In this document: positions 43,660 to 58,435 of the stretch, one piece after another
Numbering within the stretch: position 1 is the first letter of the stretch
Layout of the letters: every line of letters starts with the position of its first letter
Origin: the human T2T-CHM13v2.0 reference genome, Homo sapiens
DNA length: 64,000 bases
Assembly (NCBI RefSeq): GCF_009914755.1
Contig: NC_060939.1
Strand: one strand, 5' to 3'
Notes under the pieces: generated by a model
Databases searched by the model: none
What the model was told of the DNA's origin: nothing
What the model saw: only the letters and a program-made list of their open reading frames with translations
Translations under genes and position numbers: made by a program

Positions 43660-44287
43660 GTAGGAACGTGGCTTGTCAGGCCCGGGCTGGCGTGCCCTGG
43701 CCTCCCCGGGCCCTGGGCCAAAGCCCGGACACTTCCAGATTGGGCCGCCGCTTTAGGATCCTGCAGTCTTTTCATCCCTTAGGTTCCACCCATGCTCACT
43801 TTAGTCCTTGCACCTGCAGCTGGTCTGCAGAATCCCACCTAGGCCGAATTCTTCTACAGTCCTTTCCCCATGATTTCCCCAGAGGAATCCCCCTGGATTC
43901 CTCCCTCTTACCTGGCACTGCTTCTTATTCCTGCCTACATCCCATAACATAACTGCCTCCTTCCAACCTTGTCCTTTTTCCCCTCTGAAAGCCCTTGCGG
44001 ATGATACCACAGCAATTCATACGCGCCCCTTGCTACTTTGTTCTGAGAACGCTTTTTGGGCTCTCGCACAGGCCTTACGTCCTCAATCAGAATTCTCAAG
44101 TCTCATCCATGCATTCAAATCTGCACGCCACATAATTCCCTCTGTACTCCCCAGGCATCCTCACTGTGTTTTCCGGTATGGAGGAACTTTCCATACCTCT
44201 GCACCTTCCTCTAAGACATTTAGCTCAGAATAAAGCACACATTCATCTTAGCTGTAGTAGAGAGAGGGTTCTAGACTGAGTCTAGAG

Positions 44288-44468
44288 AAGGAGTGTCCAA
44301 TCTTTTGGCTTCCCTGGGCCACACACAAAATACACTAACACTAAGGATAGCTGATGACCTAAAAGAAAAAAAAAATTCGCAAAAAAACCTCAATGTTTTA
44401 AGAAAGTTTACGAATGCGTGTTGGGCCACATTCAAAGCGGCCCATGGGCCTCGGGTTAGACCAGCTTG
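44288..44468. mobile_element. MER30 (hAT-Charlie)
   Basis: GTGTCCAATCTTTTGGCTTCCCTGGGCCAC...AGAAAGTTTACGAAT...GGTTAGACCAGCTTG; flanked by NTCTAGNN 8-mers. Confidence 0.8.
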
Positions 44469-44634
44469 CTCTAGCTCTAGACCTTTTAAAATGGCATTTT
44501 GTTTAAAATAATATTTTGCCTTTTTGTCTGGAAATTAAGGCACGTTATAAAGTATTTATACTGACAGTTTTTTCCCCATCCTTGAAGAGTTGATCTACCA
44601 AACTATTTCTGAATATTATCATATTATCATTTAA

Positions 44635-44950
<316 letters not shown>

Positions 44951-45634
44951 TCTTCATCTGCTTTTAACTTTGGCATTTCACAACATCTGCTCTATCTACA
45001 CATCCAGGATTTCCTCAAGAAATACCATCTTCTGGAGCTATCAGGACAAAATATTCTCTCTCAAACTCAGGGTGCTTCTTCCTTCATTAAATATTTGTTT
45101 TAGGCATTAGGAATACAGCTGTGGGCAAAACAGACAAAAATCCTTGCCCTCAGGGAGCTTACTTTTCTAATGCTTAATAATATGAAGTTATTTTTAACCT
45201 GAAATGGTAAAAATATAAATTATTCCCCTTAACATGACAGAGAAGTTGGTGACTGGGGAACTTCTATCTTCCCAAACCTTGAGAATCAGGAAGTAGGCCC
45301 AAGAAGCAGCCAAAATAGGTGTCTCAAAGTGTACATGGGACTCAACACAAAGCTCCTAAGGCTTCATTCTGAACTAGTTTGTTTACTTTATACAAGCTTA
45401 GTTGTCTGCTCCTAGGGCTGCAGAAAAATGGAAGAGAAAAAGCAACTTCTTTTAGGTAGGGATATTGATAACCTCAAGAATTTATAGCTGGTGGCTTTCA
45501 TAACAAGATGGAATACTAGACAAACCAAAGCAAAAACTATAGAAGGCAGGCAGAAGAATTTAAATAGCTGTCTGTGGCCTATTGTACACCGGGCAAATGG
45601 CCTCAACACATTCATAGGACTGGCAGGCAAATAA

Positions 45635-46028
<394 letters not shown>

Positions 46029-48824
46029 TTTTATCCAAAACTCTTGAGACTTGATGGGTTTCAGAATTCAGAAGTGCTTCTGTTCACGTTTATGTGTGCA
46101 CATTCCACACATTACCTAATACCTTCCTCAGTGTCTGGGGCAGCATCGAAAATCAAACACAATGAAACATAGAAATACTCAAATTTCACACTGAACAAAT
46201 AAACACTATAACTAACCTCATGTCAGTTCAGGCTAAATTTGCTGCCAATAAATTCAGGTTAGATTTTTTTTTCAACTTCTTTTAGTGGGGATGTGTTGTA
46301 ATATAAATTTCAGTTTAGTAGCATATGTATATCATTTATAAATAACATTTTGAGGTGCATGCTAAAAACTTTTGCATTTGTAAAAAGTTTAGACACTGCT
46401 AGTTTAAAGTATCTATAATTTATAGATAGTTACAAATTACTAACTTATTTTGGCTAGCTTTCCACAGCAGCAAAAGGTCTGCTCATTTATAATTTGATAG
46501 CTTTTGGAAACATCCCTCCAAAAAACTTGCTTCAATCCCTGGATCCCCCAGTAGTGTATGGTGGTGTTTGTTTTCCTTTATCTTCAACAATACTATATAT
46601 GTTAGACTTTTTCATCTTTGCCACATAAATGAAACATATCTCATTTTAATTTTTATTTATTTATAAATTATCTAGAACACCTTTGTTTACAAACCATTGA
46701 TTTTTCTTTTTCTGTGAACTGCTCATACTCTGGTTTATTTTTCTACTCTGTGGTCCATTTTCTTGTTTATTTGTAAGAGCTAAATATCTTAAGAAAACTA
46801 GCATTTTGGGTCATATAATGCATATATTTTTCTCCTAATTATATGCATTTATTTACGTAATTTATGTGATTTAAAAAATGTTGATAGAGTCAAAATGACC
46901 TTTTTTTTCTTTTATGGTCCCTGTGGGTTTTTTTTCCCCCTCTGTTCCAATGTTACTAAAAACCAAATTCGTCAAAGTTTACTTTTAACTTGTTCATGAC
47001 TTCGTTTTTAAATTTTCATCAAATAAAGATATAAGTAGGTTTTTTTTTTTAAGTTCTTCGTTCCATCAAAGTACGGGCCTAGGCCACCTCCCCGTGTGCA
47101 TCCCTCCTCCTCCAGCTAGGCAGCTAGACAAATATAGGCAATTGAATTTTTCAGTGTCTTCCACTCATTTGAAATGCCATTCCTACAAGCCCAGTGCCTG
47201 GTAAAACAAACAAAAAACTTTCAAAAATTGTTACTGAATGAAATAATTCTCAAATGTATTTCAAGTCTCTTTTTTTCCTTGCCTGGAATGCTTGGTCTCT
47301 TGGCTTGTCTCAGCTTCAATGCTACATCCTCAGATAGTTCTTCTTTGATAACCACATTTAAGTATATACCCTCACACCCCAAGTCGTTTGTTAAGGAGAG
47401 CACCACGTCATCTCTTCAACGGCACTCTCTAAGCTTGTACTTATGTGTTTATTATGTTTGTTTTCCCCCACCAGACTGAAGTTCCATGAGAGCTGGAACC
47501 ATATCTGTGTTCTCACCTCCGTGGACTAAGCACAGTGCCTGACACAGAGTCAGTGCTTAGCAAATATGGGTGATGGATGTGTGATGGGTGAATGAGTGGA
47601 TGAAAGACCTGTGGACCAAAGAGTGCTTAACCCTTCCCCAGACCACATTCGCAGAATTATGCTTTATGGAAGGACCCACACATTTATCAAGGATTATTAT
47701 AAAGCCATATAAGAACTGATCTTACAAATTTTGTACACATAGTAGAAGAGTACAGTGTTTATTATATGGTACTCCTTGTAAGGTTCACGTTATAAATTTC
47801 TGTTAGAATTTAGTATTATAAGTACTTTGCTTCCCTAAAATAATTTTTAGGCTTTCTCTTTTCTGATGATACCACGTTTCTCTTTTTGCCCTGCCTGCCA
47901 GGACATTCAGAGAAAAAAATCAAGGCTCAATCCCAGCAACTTAGGATGGCATAATAAAAGAGTGGCTTATGGGAGGAGACAGGGTTTGGAGTTAAGGCTG
48001 GGTTTGAATCCCAGCTCTGTCCCTGTGTATCTGTAGGCAAGAATGTAAAACTCCCTGAGCCTGAGCTTCTGTATCTGTAAAATGGAGATGACACCTGCCT
48101 TGCAAAGTTGGTAAGGTGCCTGGACCATGGGAGCGCTCAGCCATTGTTTTTTCTCTCAGACTCCCCTTGTTCATTATATACATATAATATGAACTACTTC
48201 AAATCCACTTTGGAAAAAGTGTATCTAAATTGAAGAACAAGGGTATTTTGCGATTTGGTGAAAAGTAGTTGATTGAAAACATATGCAATTCTCTCCTTGT
48301 CAAGGGTTTTCATTTGTTAATATCTCAGTATTCAGATCTCAATTCAAATCTCCCCTGCTCGCAGAGTCCTTCACTGACCTACCTGTCCAGATACCTTCTC
48401 CTCGCCCACCACTATGTCCCTCTACTCTGCTTTGTTTTCTTTACAGCACTCATCACTATTTGAAATCACTCGTCTTCTAGTTTGTATCAGCTGGTTGGGA
48501 CTGTGTCTGTCTAAATTTACCCCTGCACTCCCAGCTTCCAGGAGAGCACCCAGGCATAATAACTCAGTAACATCTGAACGAATGGAAGCTGAGTGGAACA
48601 TTTTGGTTCATTCCTTAGATAACTTAAAAAAGGAAAGTGCATTTTCACTGGCTTAGGTTTTGTTTTTAAATCATGCTTTTGGAAAGTATGCCAGATTATC
48701 TATTTAAAATATAATTACAAATATTTTTAAAGTAGAACTTTTGATCTAAAATGATCATTATCTTAATCATTAATGATTGGCTCTACAGCTTTGAAAAAAA
48801 TTTTTTTTGTTTTTCCTCTTTTAG

Positions 48825-48937
48825 GTCAAAGAGCCCCCTGAAATCAATTTAGTTTTGTACCCTCAAGGCCTAACTGGTGAAGAAGTATATGTAAAAGTGG
48901 ATTTGAGGGTTAAATGCCCACCTACCTATCCAGATGT
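48825..48937 (+). CDS. EIF2AK4: EIF2AK4 exon 2, 113 nt
   Basis: TTTTAG| VKEPPEINLVLYPQGLTGEEVYVKVDLRVKCPPTYPD(V) |GTGAGT; start of the RWD YPxxxP motif; in frame with exon 1. Confidence 0.95.
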
Positions 48938-50009
48938 GTGAGTACATTTATAAATAGCTTTGACGTGGTTTCAGTTTTCTGTTTTGACAACATAGAAACA
49001 GATTGAAATTCGTAGTATTTTCTCCTTCCTGCTCCCATTCCACATAAAATTTCATTTCCTCTATTTCAACAAAACTACATCAGCAATAGATGTTTTCATG
49101 AAACCTGTCTCATTTTAAGCCTGTTCATAGTTATAGAATTGTCACTACAGATACTTATATTTGCCTAGTGACTATTTTGCTTCCTCTGATGTGTTAACTT
49201 TTGTTTATTTATTTCTTCATAAGTTAGGAAGAGGAAAATTTGGAAGAAAACAATAAAGGCATGGTGACTGTTGAAAGCCCTTGCATAGTTAGAGTGTGGC
49301 TGGTATTAGAAATTCAGCAAGTCTGTGCCTCAGATGACCTTTCACTGCCTAGAGTGAGGGAGAGTATTTGGATCTGTCCTGCCTCTCAATGGGGCACTCT
49401 GGCGAGTGTCCATTGTGCAGGGCTGTGCTGTGCACTGCAGTACGTTTAGCATCCCTGGCCCCCACCTACCAATGCCACGAGTGTCCTCCAGGCATTGAAA
49501 CAACCAAATAACCTACATATTTCCAGACTCCCTCTGAAGGTGATGTCACCTCTGGTTGAGAAAAACTAGTTAGAGCCAAAGTGTTAGCCATCAGCACTTA
49601 AGCATGTCTATTTGGTGTAATCTTTCCCCACCCATCCCACATGGAAAGGCAGGTTGGCCTGGATGGCGTTAAGTAGTTTGAAATTATTGTATGGGGAACC
49701 AGTGAAGGTTTTTGAGATGGAAAGGGACAAGTAAAAGGAAACTCTGCTTTACACAGTGGGTGGTAAATTTATGGAATTTATTATCCTAAGAAGTGATAGG
49801 GAGGATATGAAAAGACAGATAAGTCAAAATTGAGCTCCTTGAAGTCAGTAACCATTCTTGGCCCCCAAAACTGTCCTGAGAGTATTATAGTAGGTATACT
49901 ATACATACTATAAAAATATTAATTAACGAAACGTTAATTATAAAACATTAATGAAAAAGATAATTAAAAATTTATGAAAGGAAATTAAAACAGTGCCTCT
50001 CTAGGTTGT

Positions 50010-50828
50010 TTTTTTTTCCTGACACCAAATACATGATGCCTTTTCTGATACCATGTGGGTGTCCAGTAGTTCAGTTCAATTCTGACACTATCTGTAGTTA
50101 GCAAAGACCCCACAGATTAAGGACCCAGTTCCACAAGATTGCCTCCATTTCTGATGCTAGTGGCAAGTCCCAGTACTTCTGACCATTTATAGCCAGTATT
50201 TATAACTGGCTATAAATTTAGGGGTTTCCACCACCCCCTCCTAAGTTGCGATAATTGCTAGAATGCATCACAGAACTCAGTTTCTGTGAGTTACATTTAC
50301 CAGTTTGTTGTAAAGGATATGGCTCTGGAATAGCCACATGGAAGTATTATGAAGGGTAAGGTGTGTGGGAAGAGGCACAGAGCTCCCATACCCTCTCCAG
50401 GCCTGGCACCCTCCCAGCACCTCCCTGTGTTCTTCAACCAAGAATCTCCCTGAACCCTGTCGTTTAGGGGTTTTTATGGAGGTTTCATTATGTAGAGATG
50501 ATTGATTAATTAAATCTTTGGCCACTGGTGATTGAACTTGATCTTCAGCCCCCTACTCCTCCCTAAAGATCTGGGATGGGGCTGAAATTTCTCACCCTGT
50601 AATCAAGGCTTGGTTTTTCTGGTGACCAGTCCTGATCCTGAAGCTATCCAGGTACTGACCAGAGTTCCCTCATGAGTACTAACTCCGGTATGGTTGGAAG
50701 GGGTTTGTTATGAAAAACATAAGATGCTCCTCTCACCCCTGTTGCTCAGGAAATTCCAAGGGTGATAGGATCTCTGTGCCAGGAACAGGGGTCAAATATC
50801 AAATATATATTTTTTTATTATACCATAG
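50010..50828. mobile_element. MER21-family LTR
   Basis: TGGGTGTCCAGTAGTTCAGTTCAATTCTGACACTA...GCACCCTCCCAGCACCTCC...CAGGAAATTCCAAGGG...CTCTGTGCCAGGAAC. Confidence 0.75.
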
Positions 50829-50975
50829 CCTCAAGAATTCAAAGTGTTTATTCTTGAAAAATCAAAATAAAGAAAAAGGTATAAGTGCTATAATGTTATA
50901 TAAGTGCTAAAATATTAATTATAGCATTATTTGTGAAAGCAAAGATATTGGAAGCAATCTAAATGTCAAATACTA

Positions 50976-51194
50976 GAGTGAGGTTTCTCCACCTTGGCAC
51001 TACTGACATGTGGGCAGATAACTCTTTGTTGTGGGGTCCTTCCTGGGCATTGTGGGATATTTAGTAGCATCCCTGACCTCTGTCTGCTAGATGTCGGGAG
51101 TACATTTCTCCCCAGGTTGTGGCAACCAAAAAAAGTCTCCAGATGTTGGCAGATATCCCCTGGGGCCAAAATCACCCCTGGTTAAGAATCATGG
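50976..51194. mobile_element. MER20 (hAT-Charlie)
   Basis: TTTCTCCACCTTGGCACTACTGACAT...AGCATCCCTGACCTCT...CCCCTGGGGCCAAAATCACCCCTGGTTAAGAA. Confidence 0.85.
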
Positions 51195-52702
51195 CACTAG
51201 ATAACTATTCAGGTAAATCTTAATGTGTCCACTTGATAAAAATATTATGGGATGATTGCTTTTAACATGGAAATGCTTATAAAAGTTAAAAAGCAAACAT
51301 TATAATATCAGCTACATAAACTATGAATTATATAGCAAGGAAATAAAGAGAACATTAGAATTTTTTTTGAAGTTTAATTAGCATCATTGATGATTTTTTC
51401 TCCATTCTGTTAATATTGCTATATTATGATTACTTATTTTTTAAATTATAACAAAAATCTTAATTTGGGGTAATATTCTTATCCTTTTGAATGTGGTACA
51501 GGAAAACATTGCTTTTCTGCAGAATAGTCCTGGGTGCCACTGTGAGAGAGAGACTCCCGGGTTAGATTCTGGAATTCTGGAAATTTCAGCCCCATCCCAG
51601 ACCTTTGGGGAGGAATTCTAGAAATTTCAGCCCCATCCCAGCTCTTTGGGGAGGAATCTAACCCAGGATTCCATACATAGAGTCAGGACTGTATGGTTTG
51701 TTTTTCTGTTCTTTCCCTCATATAGACTACTTTCTCTCAGATTTCTATCTATAGAAATAGATAATGATCATAGCACCCTTTCATACTGAAGCATTGAGAG
51801 AACGCATAGATAAGTGCATACTCAAGACTTCACTGGTTAAATGCCATGAATTACTCAGAAATGCTTGGTAAAAAGTGATGAGTCATCATCTCTTCAGTAA
51901 AATTAAATAACTCCTATTTAATCTGAGAGAGTTGTTATTGGATATTTATTGGTTGGGAATAAAATGAAACCCGAGGGCTGGTTGTGTAATGTCCTTGAGT
52001 TGAAAGTGTTGACTTAGATGAGCTCTAGGCAGAGGTGCAGAGAGTGTGCATGACTAGATGTATTTATACACAAGAAGTGAGCATTTCCACCTGGTTTCGA
52101 TCAGAATGAGTGATTGGGATGCAGCAGTGTGTTGTGGGAATACTAGAGGGATCACCAGGGCTCCACTCATCTATTTATTCTTGTTCTGCTTTATGCTAGA
52201 GCACACCTGAATGCAGAGCGCTTGGCCTTGCCAGTGAGCTGTCAGAGCTAGGTTAATTCTCATTGGCTGCAAGCTAGGGTAGAGAATTACCATACAAAGG
52301 AGCACATGGTTAAGTTACTGGGCTAGAGTCAGCTGCAGAACTGGAATGATTTTTTTTTTTTTTTAAGGTGAAGAACTCAGAGTTAGGGATCCAGGTCAAA
52401 TCGTAGGAAATAAATAGTAATTGATGTTGGGAAATTTTAATCAGATTGTAAAGCTGAAATTAGATACAGGGGTCAAGCCCAGTAAGTCTAACAGCCCAGA
52501 CAGAAGGCTTTGGCCAGCCCACTTCTTCCCTGTAGGACGCAGGTGACTCCACTGTCAACTGGAGTTGCAGGGATATGGTTGAAGTCCCTTTGAGATTAAG
52601 GGCCTTGGGCCCAGAGTGCTTTCAGTTTAGCAAATATTAATGCAAACAGGCTATACTTTCTGGAGTAACTCTTTTTTTTTTTTTTTTTTTTGCCTTTTCC
52701 AG

Positions 52703-52805
52703 AGTTCCTGAAATAGAGTTAAAAAATGCCAAAGGTCTATCAAATGAAAGTGTCAATTTGTTAAAATCTCGCCTAGAAGAACTGGCCAAGAAACACTGTG
52801 GGGAG
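52703..52805 (+). CDS. EIF2AK4: EIF2AK4 exon 3, 103 nt
   Basis: TTCCAG| (V)VPEIELKNAKGLSNESVNLLKSRLEELAKKHCGE |GTAAGA; completes the phase-2 codon from exon 2. Confidence 0.95.
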
Positions 52806-53002
52806 GTAAGATTTGTTAAACTGGAATTAAAAGAAGACAGTAAACTTCCCCATTACACCTCAAATCCAATTTTGAGTAGCATGTTTTGTGTTTTATTGGT
52901 TCTACAAAAGGGAACATTGTGATTTTTATTTATTTAATAGGATTAATGAAATTTGTAGTCTATAGATGGTACTATTGATGCTGAAGAATGTTTCTGAAAA
53001 TT

Positions 53003-53300
53003 GCTAGGCATGGTGGCTCACACTTGTAATTCCAGCACTTGGGGAGGCTGAGGTGGGAGGATCACTTGAGCCCAGAAGTTTGAGACCAGCCTGAGCAAAA
53101 TGGCGAGCACCTATCTCTAAAAAAATTAACTGGGTGTGGTGGTGTATGCCTATAGTGCAAGCTGCTCAGGAGGCTGAGGTGGGAGAATTGCGTGAGCCCA
53201 GGAGTTTGAGGTTACAGTGAGCTATGATCACACCCCTTCACTCCAGCCTGGGCCATAGAGCAAGACCCTCTCTCTTAAAAAAAAAGAAAAAAAGAAGAAG
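53003..53300 (+). mobile_element. AluJ-like
   Basis: TSD GAATKTTTCTGAAAA. Confidence 0.88.
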
Positions 53301-53656
53301 AATTTTTCTGAAAACAGTTGATGTGAACCCAGCCATACTTTTTGTATACTTTGGATCTTGCATCATGACTTGAACCTTTTTGTTGGAAAATGTGGGCAGA
53401 CAAACAATTTCGGACCACCTCTCCCCTTTGCATATCAGAGGAATTTGTTGTTTTCTTTCTCAATAATTAGTGACACACTCTACTCCTTCAGTGTCTGTCA
53501 TATACCTGAGCATTTACACTGAGTGCAGTACTCATTCTTTTTTAATCTTCTGAACATTAGGATCTACATATGAGTTCTCTCCTGGGTGGCACAACTCTCT
53601 GTGGAAGGCAAGACTAAGTGTCTTCTGGAGGCAGAGTATGACTGTGCTTTCCTTAG

Positions 53657-54067
<411 letters not shown>

Positions 54068-54676
54068 TGAAAACTAAGAAGAGGTGCCCTCGGCTTCCAT
54101 GTCTGTTTCAGACTTTTATTAGACATAACCAAAGATAACCATTCATCTCATGGAAAGTAACTGGACAGATTTTTACTTGCTTTTCATAACACAATGAGTC
54201 ATAGTACAGTCCATGGAATGCCTTTTAGTTGTAAAAATTGTGTCCATTTAAGTTGCTGCTTCCAAGAACTTCAGTGATTGATGAGATTTAGAAAGTGAGT
54301 GTAGAACGGCCTGGATAAAAAACTAGGCCTTGGGAATGATTCCAAAGTTCTTTCTAGTACAAGGGGATTCCAGTGTCTAACTGAAAAGTAATGTGAAGTT
54401 ATTTGGAAAATTCAGCTCCAGAGAAACCTCTGGTTTCTTGGATTTTTGATTTGTGATTTAAATTTTTTTTTTTTTTCTTTTTGAGAGACGAAGTCTCACC
54501 ATCTTGCCCAGGCTGGTCCCAAACTCCTGGCTCAAGCAATCTTCCTTCCTCAGCCTCCCAAAGTGCTAGGATTACAGGCCCGAGCCACCACACCCAGCCT
54601 GATTTAAATTTTTATTTTGAGATAATTATATATTTATATATACCTCTTACCCAGTTTGCCCCGACAGTAACAGTTT

Positions 54677-56393
54677 GCTGGAAAGAAGATCAAATTAGCC
54701 ACCACATTCCTTTACGCCAAAGCATAATCTGGATCAAGGCCCTAACTCTCTTCAATTCTGTGAATGCTGAGAAGAGATGAGGGAGCTGCAGAAGAAAAGT
54801 TAAAAGGTAGCAGAGATTGGTTCATGAGGTTTAAGGAAAGAAGCCATCTTCATAACATAAAAGTGCAAGGTGAAGCAGCATGTGCTCATGAGGAAGCTTC
54901 AGCAAGTTACCCGGAAAAACCTAAGATAATTGATGAAGGTAGCTACAGATTTTCAGTGTAGATGAAACAGTCTTATATGGAAGAAGGTGCCATCTAGAAT
55001 TTTCACAGCTAGAGAGGAGAAGTCAGTGTGTGGCTTCAAAGCCTTATGAAAGGACAGACTGACTCGCTTGTTAGGAGCTAATACAGCTGCTGACTTTTCA
55101 AAAGTTGAGGCCAGTGTTCACTTACCATGCCCAAAGTTCCAGGACCGTTAAGAATTATGCTAAATCTCCTTTGCCTGTGCTCTATAAATGGAAAGGCAAA
55201 TCCTGTATGATGGCACATCTGTTACAGCAGGGTTTACTGAGTATTTTAAGATCATTGTTGAGACCTGCTGCTCTGAAAAAAAAGATTCCCTTTAAAATAT
55301 TATTGCTCATTGACAGCGCACCTAGTCACCCAAGAATTCTGAAGGAGATGTACAAGGAGATTAATGTTGTTTTCATGCCTCTTAACACAACATCCATTCT
55401 GTAGCCCATGGATGAAGGAGTAATTTTGACTTTCAAGTGTTATTATTTAAGAAATACATTTTACAAGCTTATTGCTGCCATAGATAGTGATTCATTTGAT
55501 CTGATGTGTCTTAGCAAAGTAAATGGAAAACCTTCTGGAAAGGATTCACCATTCCAGATGCCATTAAATACATGATTCATGGAAGGGGGTCAAAACATCA
55601 ACATGAACAGGAGTTTGGAATATGATTCTGACCCTCATGGATGACTTTGAGGGGTTCAAGACTTCACTGGAAGAAGTAACTGCAGAAGTGATGGAAATAT
55701 CAAGAAGTCTATTACTAGAATTAGAAGTGGAGCTTGAAGATGTGACTGAATTGCTGCAACCTCATGATAAAACTTTAACAGATGATTAGTTGCCTCTTAT
55801 AGATTAGGAGAGAAAGTGGTTTCTTGAGTGGTTCCTGAAGATGCTGTGAACATTGTTGAAATGACAATCGAGCATTTAGGATATTTCATAAACTTTGTTT
55901 TGAAGCAGCAGCAGGGTTGGAGAGGATTGACCCCAACTTTGAAAGAAGTTCAAGTGTGACTCAAAGGCTATCAAACAGCATTGAATGCTACAGAGAAATC
56001 TTCCATGAAAGGAAGAGTCAATCGATGCAGCAACTTCATTGTTGTCTTCTTTTAAGAAATTGCCGCAACCACCCCAGCCTTCACCAGCCACCACCTTGAT
56101 CAGTCAGCAGCCATCATCAAGACAAAACCCTCTGTCTGCAAAAAGATTATGACGTCCTGAAGGTTCAGATGATCATTAGCATTTTTTAGCAATAAAGTAT
56201 TTTAAAATTAAGGTATATACATTGATTTCTACAGACATAATGCTATTTCACACTTAATAGACTACCATATAGTGTAAACATAACTTTTATATGCACTGGG
56301 AAACCAAAAACTTTGTGTGACTCGCTTTATTGTGACATTTGCTTTACTGAAGTGGTCTGGAACTGAACCTGCCATGTCTCAGAGGGCCGCCTG
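54677..56393 (+). mobile_element. Tigger1 DNA transposon, 5'-truncated, with a decayed transposase
   Basis: Broken peptides [25 protein letters not shown] and KILLLIDSAPSHP...INVVFMPLNTTSIL (pogo/DDE-type); 3' end GGTCTGGAACTGAACCTG...GCCTG. Confidence 0.92.
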
Positions 56394-58435
56394 TGCTAGC
56401 ATTCATCTGAGTCATCGTCATATAATGAGATTTGAATGGGTGTTAAACATGGGAAGGCACTGTGCAAATCACTCTTCTTGTTTATCTAAAATTCATTTCC
56501 ATTAAGTCTGGAGTACTGGAAAGTCTAAAATAGACATAATTCTAAAGAAATTTTTTTATTTTCAAGTAAAATAGAGTATAATTAGGTACTAAAGCATGGC
56601 ATAGGGATTCATCTTGGTATGGCATTCACTGATACTTGCCTTTTAAAACTAGGAGTCATTTAATTATTTGAATGGAAATAAGTACTCAAAAACAGCTTGT
56701 TCTTAAGCACTTCCAATTGCTTATGAATGATTTTTAATCTATACACAGCTCTTTGTCATGTAAAAATAAACTTAAGTATACTCTATTTTTTCAAATTTGT
56801 AAAGCCAAAGTTTATTTTTTTATTAATTTACTCAACAGATATTTATTGTCTGTGTACCATGTGTCAAGTGCTATTCCAGCACTGGGAAAACCACAGTGAG
56901 CAAACCACACCATGGGCTACACTGGGAAGGGAACAGACAGAAAGCAATCAAATAACTGCACAACCAATCAGGCAGTTATAAGTGCCATGAAGAAAATCAG
57001 GGTGAGCGGTCTAGAGAGTGTGACAGTGGAGTGGCTGTTCTTTACAAGGCATTCAGGAGAGGCCTCCAAGACTTAAGCAGAGGTCTGAGGGAGGCCAGTG
57101 AGCCCTGTAGCACCAGGGGAGTAGGAGGCAAGAGTCAGTTTGGAAAGTAGTTCTTTTCATCCAGTCTTAGAAGGTTTATCAGGTTGATTTGTACAGAAAA
57201 CTCTAGTAAAGTAAATAGAACAGCAAAAGAAAAACCCTCCACAGCTTGGCTCCTGCCTCCTTTTTGGTTTAGAAGTGGTTTCTCTTTGACATGATAGAAA
57301 TTGCCTACTTTCCCCAGCTTTCATTAGAAGAGCTTTTCTTAGAATAACCTGCCTCTTAGACTGTAGACTAGTGTTTCTGACTGTAAAGTGAAATATATCC
57401 AGTAAATGCCACAGCTTCTGGTGTAAGAAAAAATGCATTAACATCACCCAGCAAGAGCTGTGCTTTCTTTGCATTTGCTCCCTGAGAGAAAGGCAGGATA
57501 CCAAATGAACTAACTTTATATTTTTGGGTACAATGACTTCTATTATTATTTACCACCCTGTTAAGTCCCTTTAGAAACGGTTTCAAACATATAATGAAAA
57601 TAAGAATTTTAAAATTGCTTCACTGTAACTGAGAAAAAAAATCTCAATGTTATGTTCCTCATCCACCAAAGGATCAGCACTCTTTACCTCTTTGGGGTTG
57701 GGTAACCAGTCAGGGAGGGTCTCAGAAATCTTTGTTCTATTGATTTATCAACCTAAGTATGATTTATGTCTCCTGCGGGTAAGGGAAAGGGGCTTCCTGT
57801 GTTCACATAAAGAATGTGTGAAAGGGAGACCTTTTTCTTCCACATTCTATCTGTGACTGCTTCTCTAAGTGGAAATAAAATACTTTCTAAGTATTTATCA
57901 GCTTTTTATTGACCAGTTACTAACAAGGAGATAATAAGGCCTTTAAATATTTGCCTCTGTACTCCCAACAATATTTTCAGTATGCTGGGTAGACAGAAAA
58001 AGCTCTGATCTTAGCAATGAGTATTCTCTGCCCAACTCTCATTATGTGGACAGGTTTTCTAGTTGGGAAGATAGCTTTTACTTTCATGCAGTCTTAAATG
58101 TTTTGTCAGATTTATTTCTAAAGAAATATATTTTATTGGATTTACTATAGAGAAAATGCCAATAAGTTGAATAGGTCTATAAAAGAAAAGTGAAGCTTTT
58201 TATTTACCTAGGTAATGATCTGTCTTGATAATAACACAATGCAATGGGCCCTTTAAAAGCTTTTTCCTGCTGTGATTATATCATATACCGAATTCAGAGT
58301 ATGTCATATCAAAATGAATAATGGCATTCTAAGTGGGCCTCTGACCGCCAGTTTGCTTTCCTGTTCTGTAGCCTCTCCTGTTTGGGCCTTCCCATTATTT
58401 GATCATTTGTGGTTGATTTTTGTTTACATGTTTAG

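Larger units (their letters stand above)
43300..43760 (+). promoter_or_regulatory. EIF2AK4: EIF2AK4 CpG-island promoter with repeated GC boxes
   Basis: High CpG density around the ATG; several CCGCCC motifs; no TATA box seen. Confidence 0.88.

Noticed and set aside
43185-43952. 255-aa ORF overlapping EIF2AK4 exon 1 in another frame
   Set aside because: GTG start upstream of the GC-box array and reads through the splice donor; CpG-island artefact
54677-56393. Possible domesticated Tigger transposase
   Set aside because: 5'-truncated and broken into short frames by stops and frameshifts
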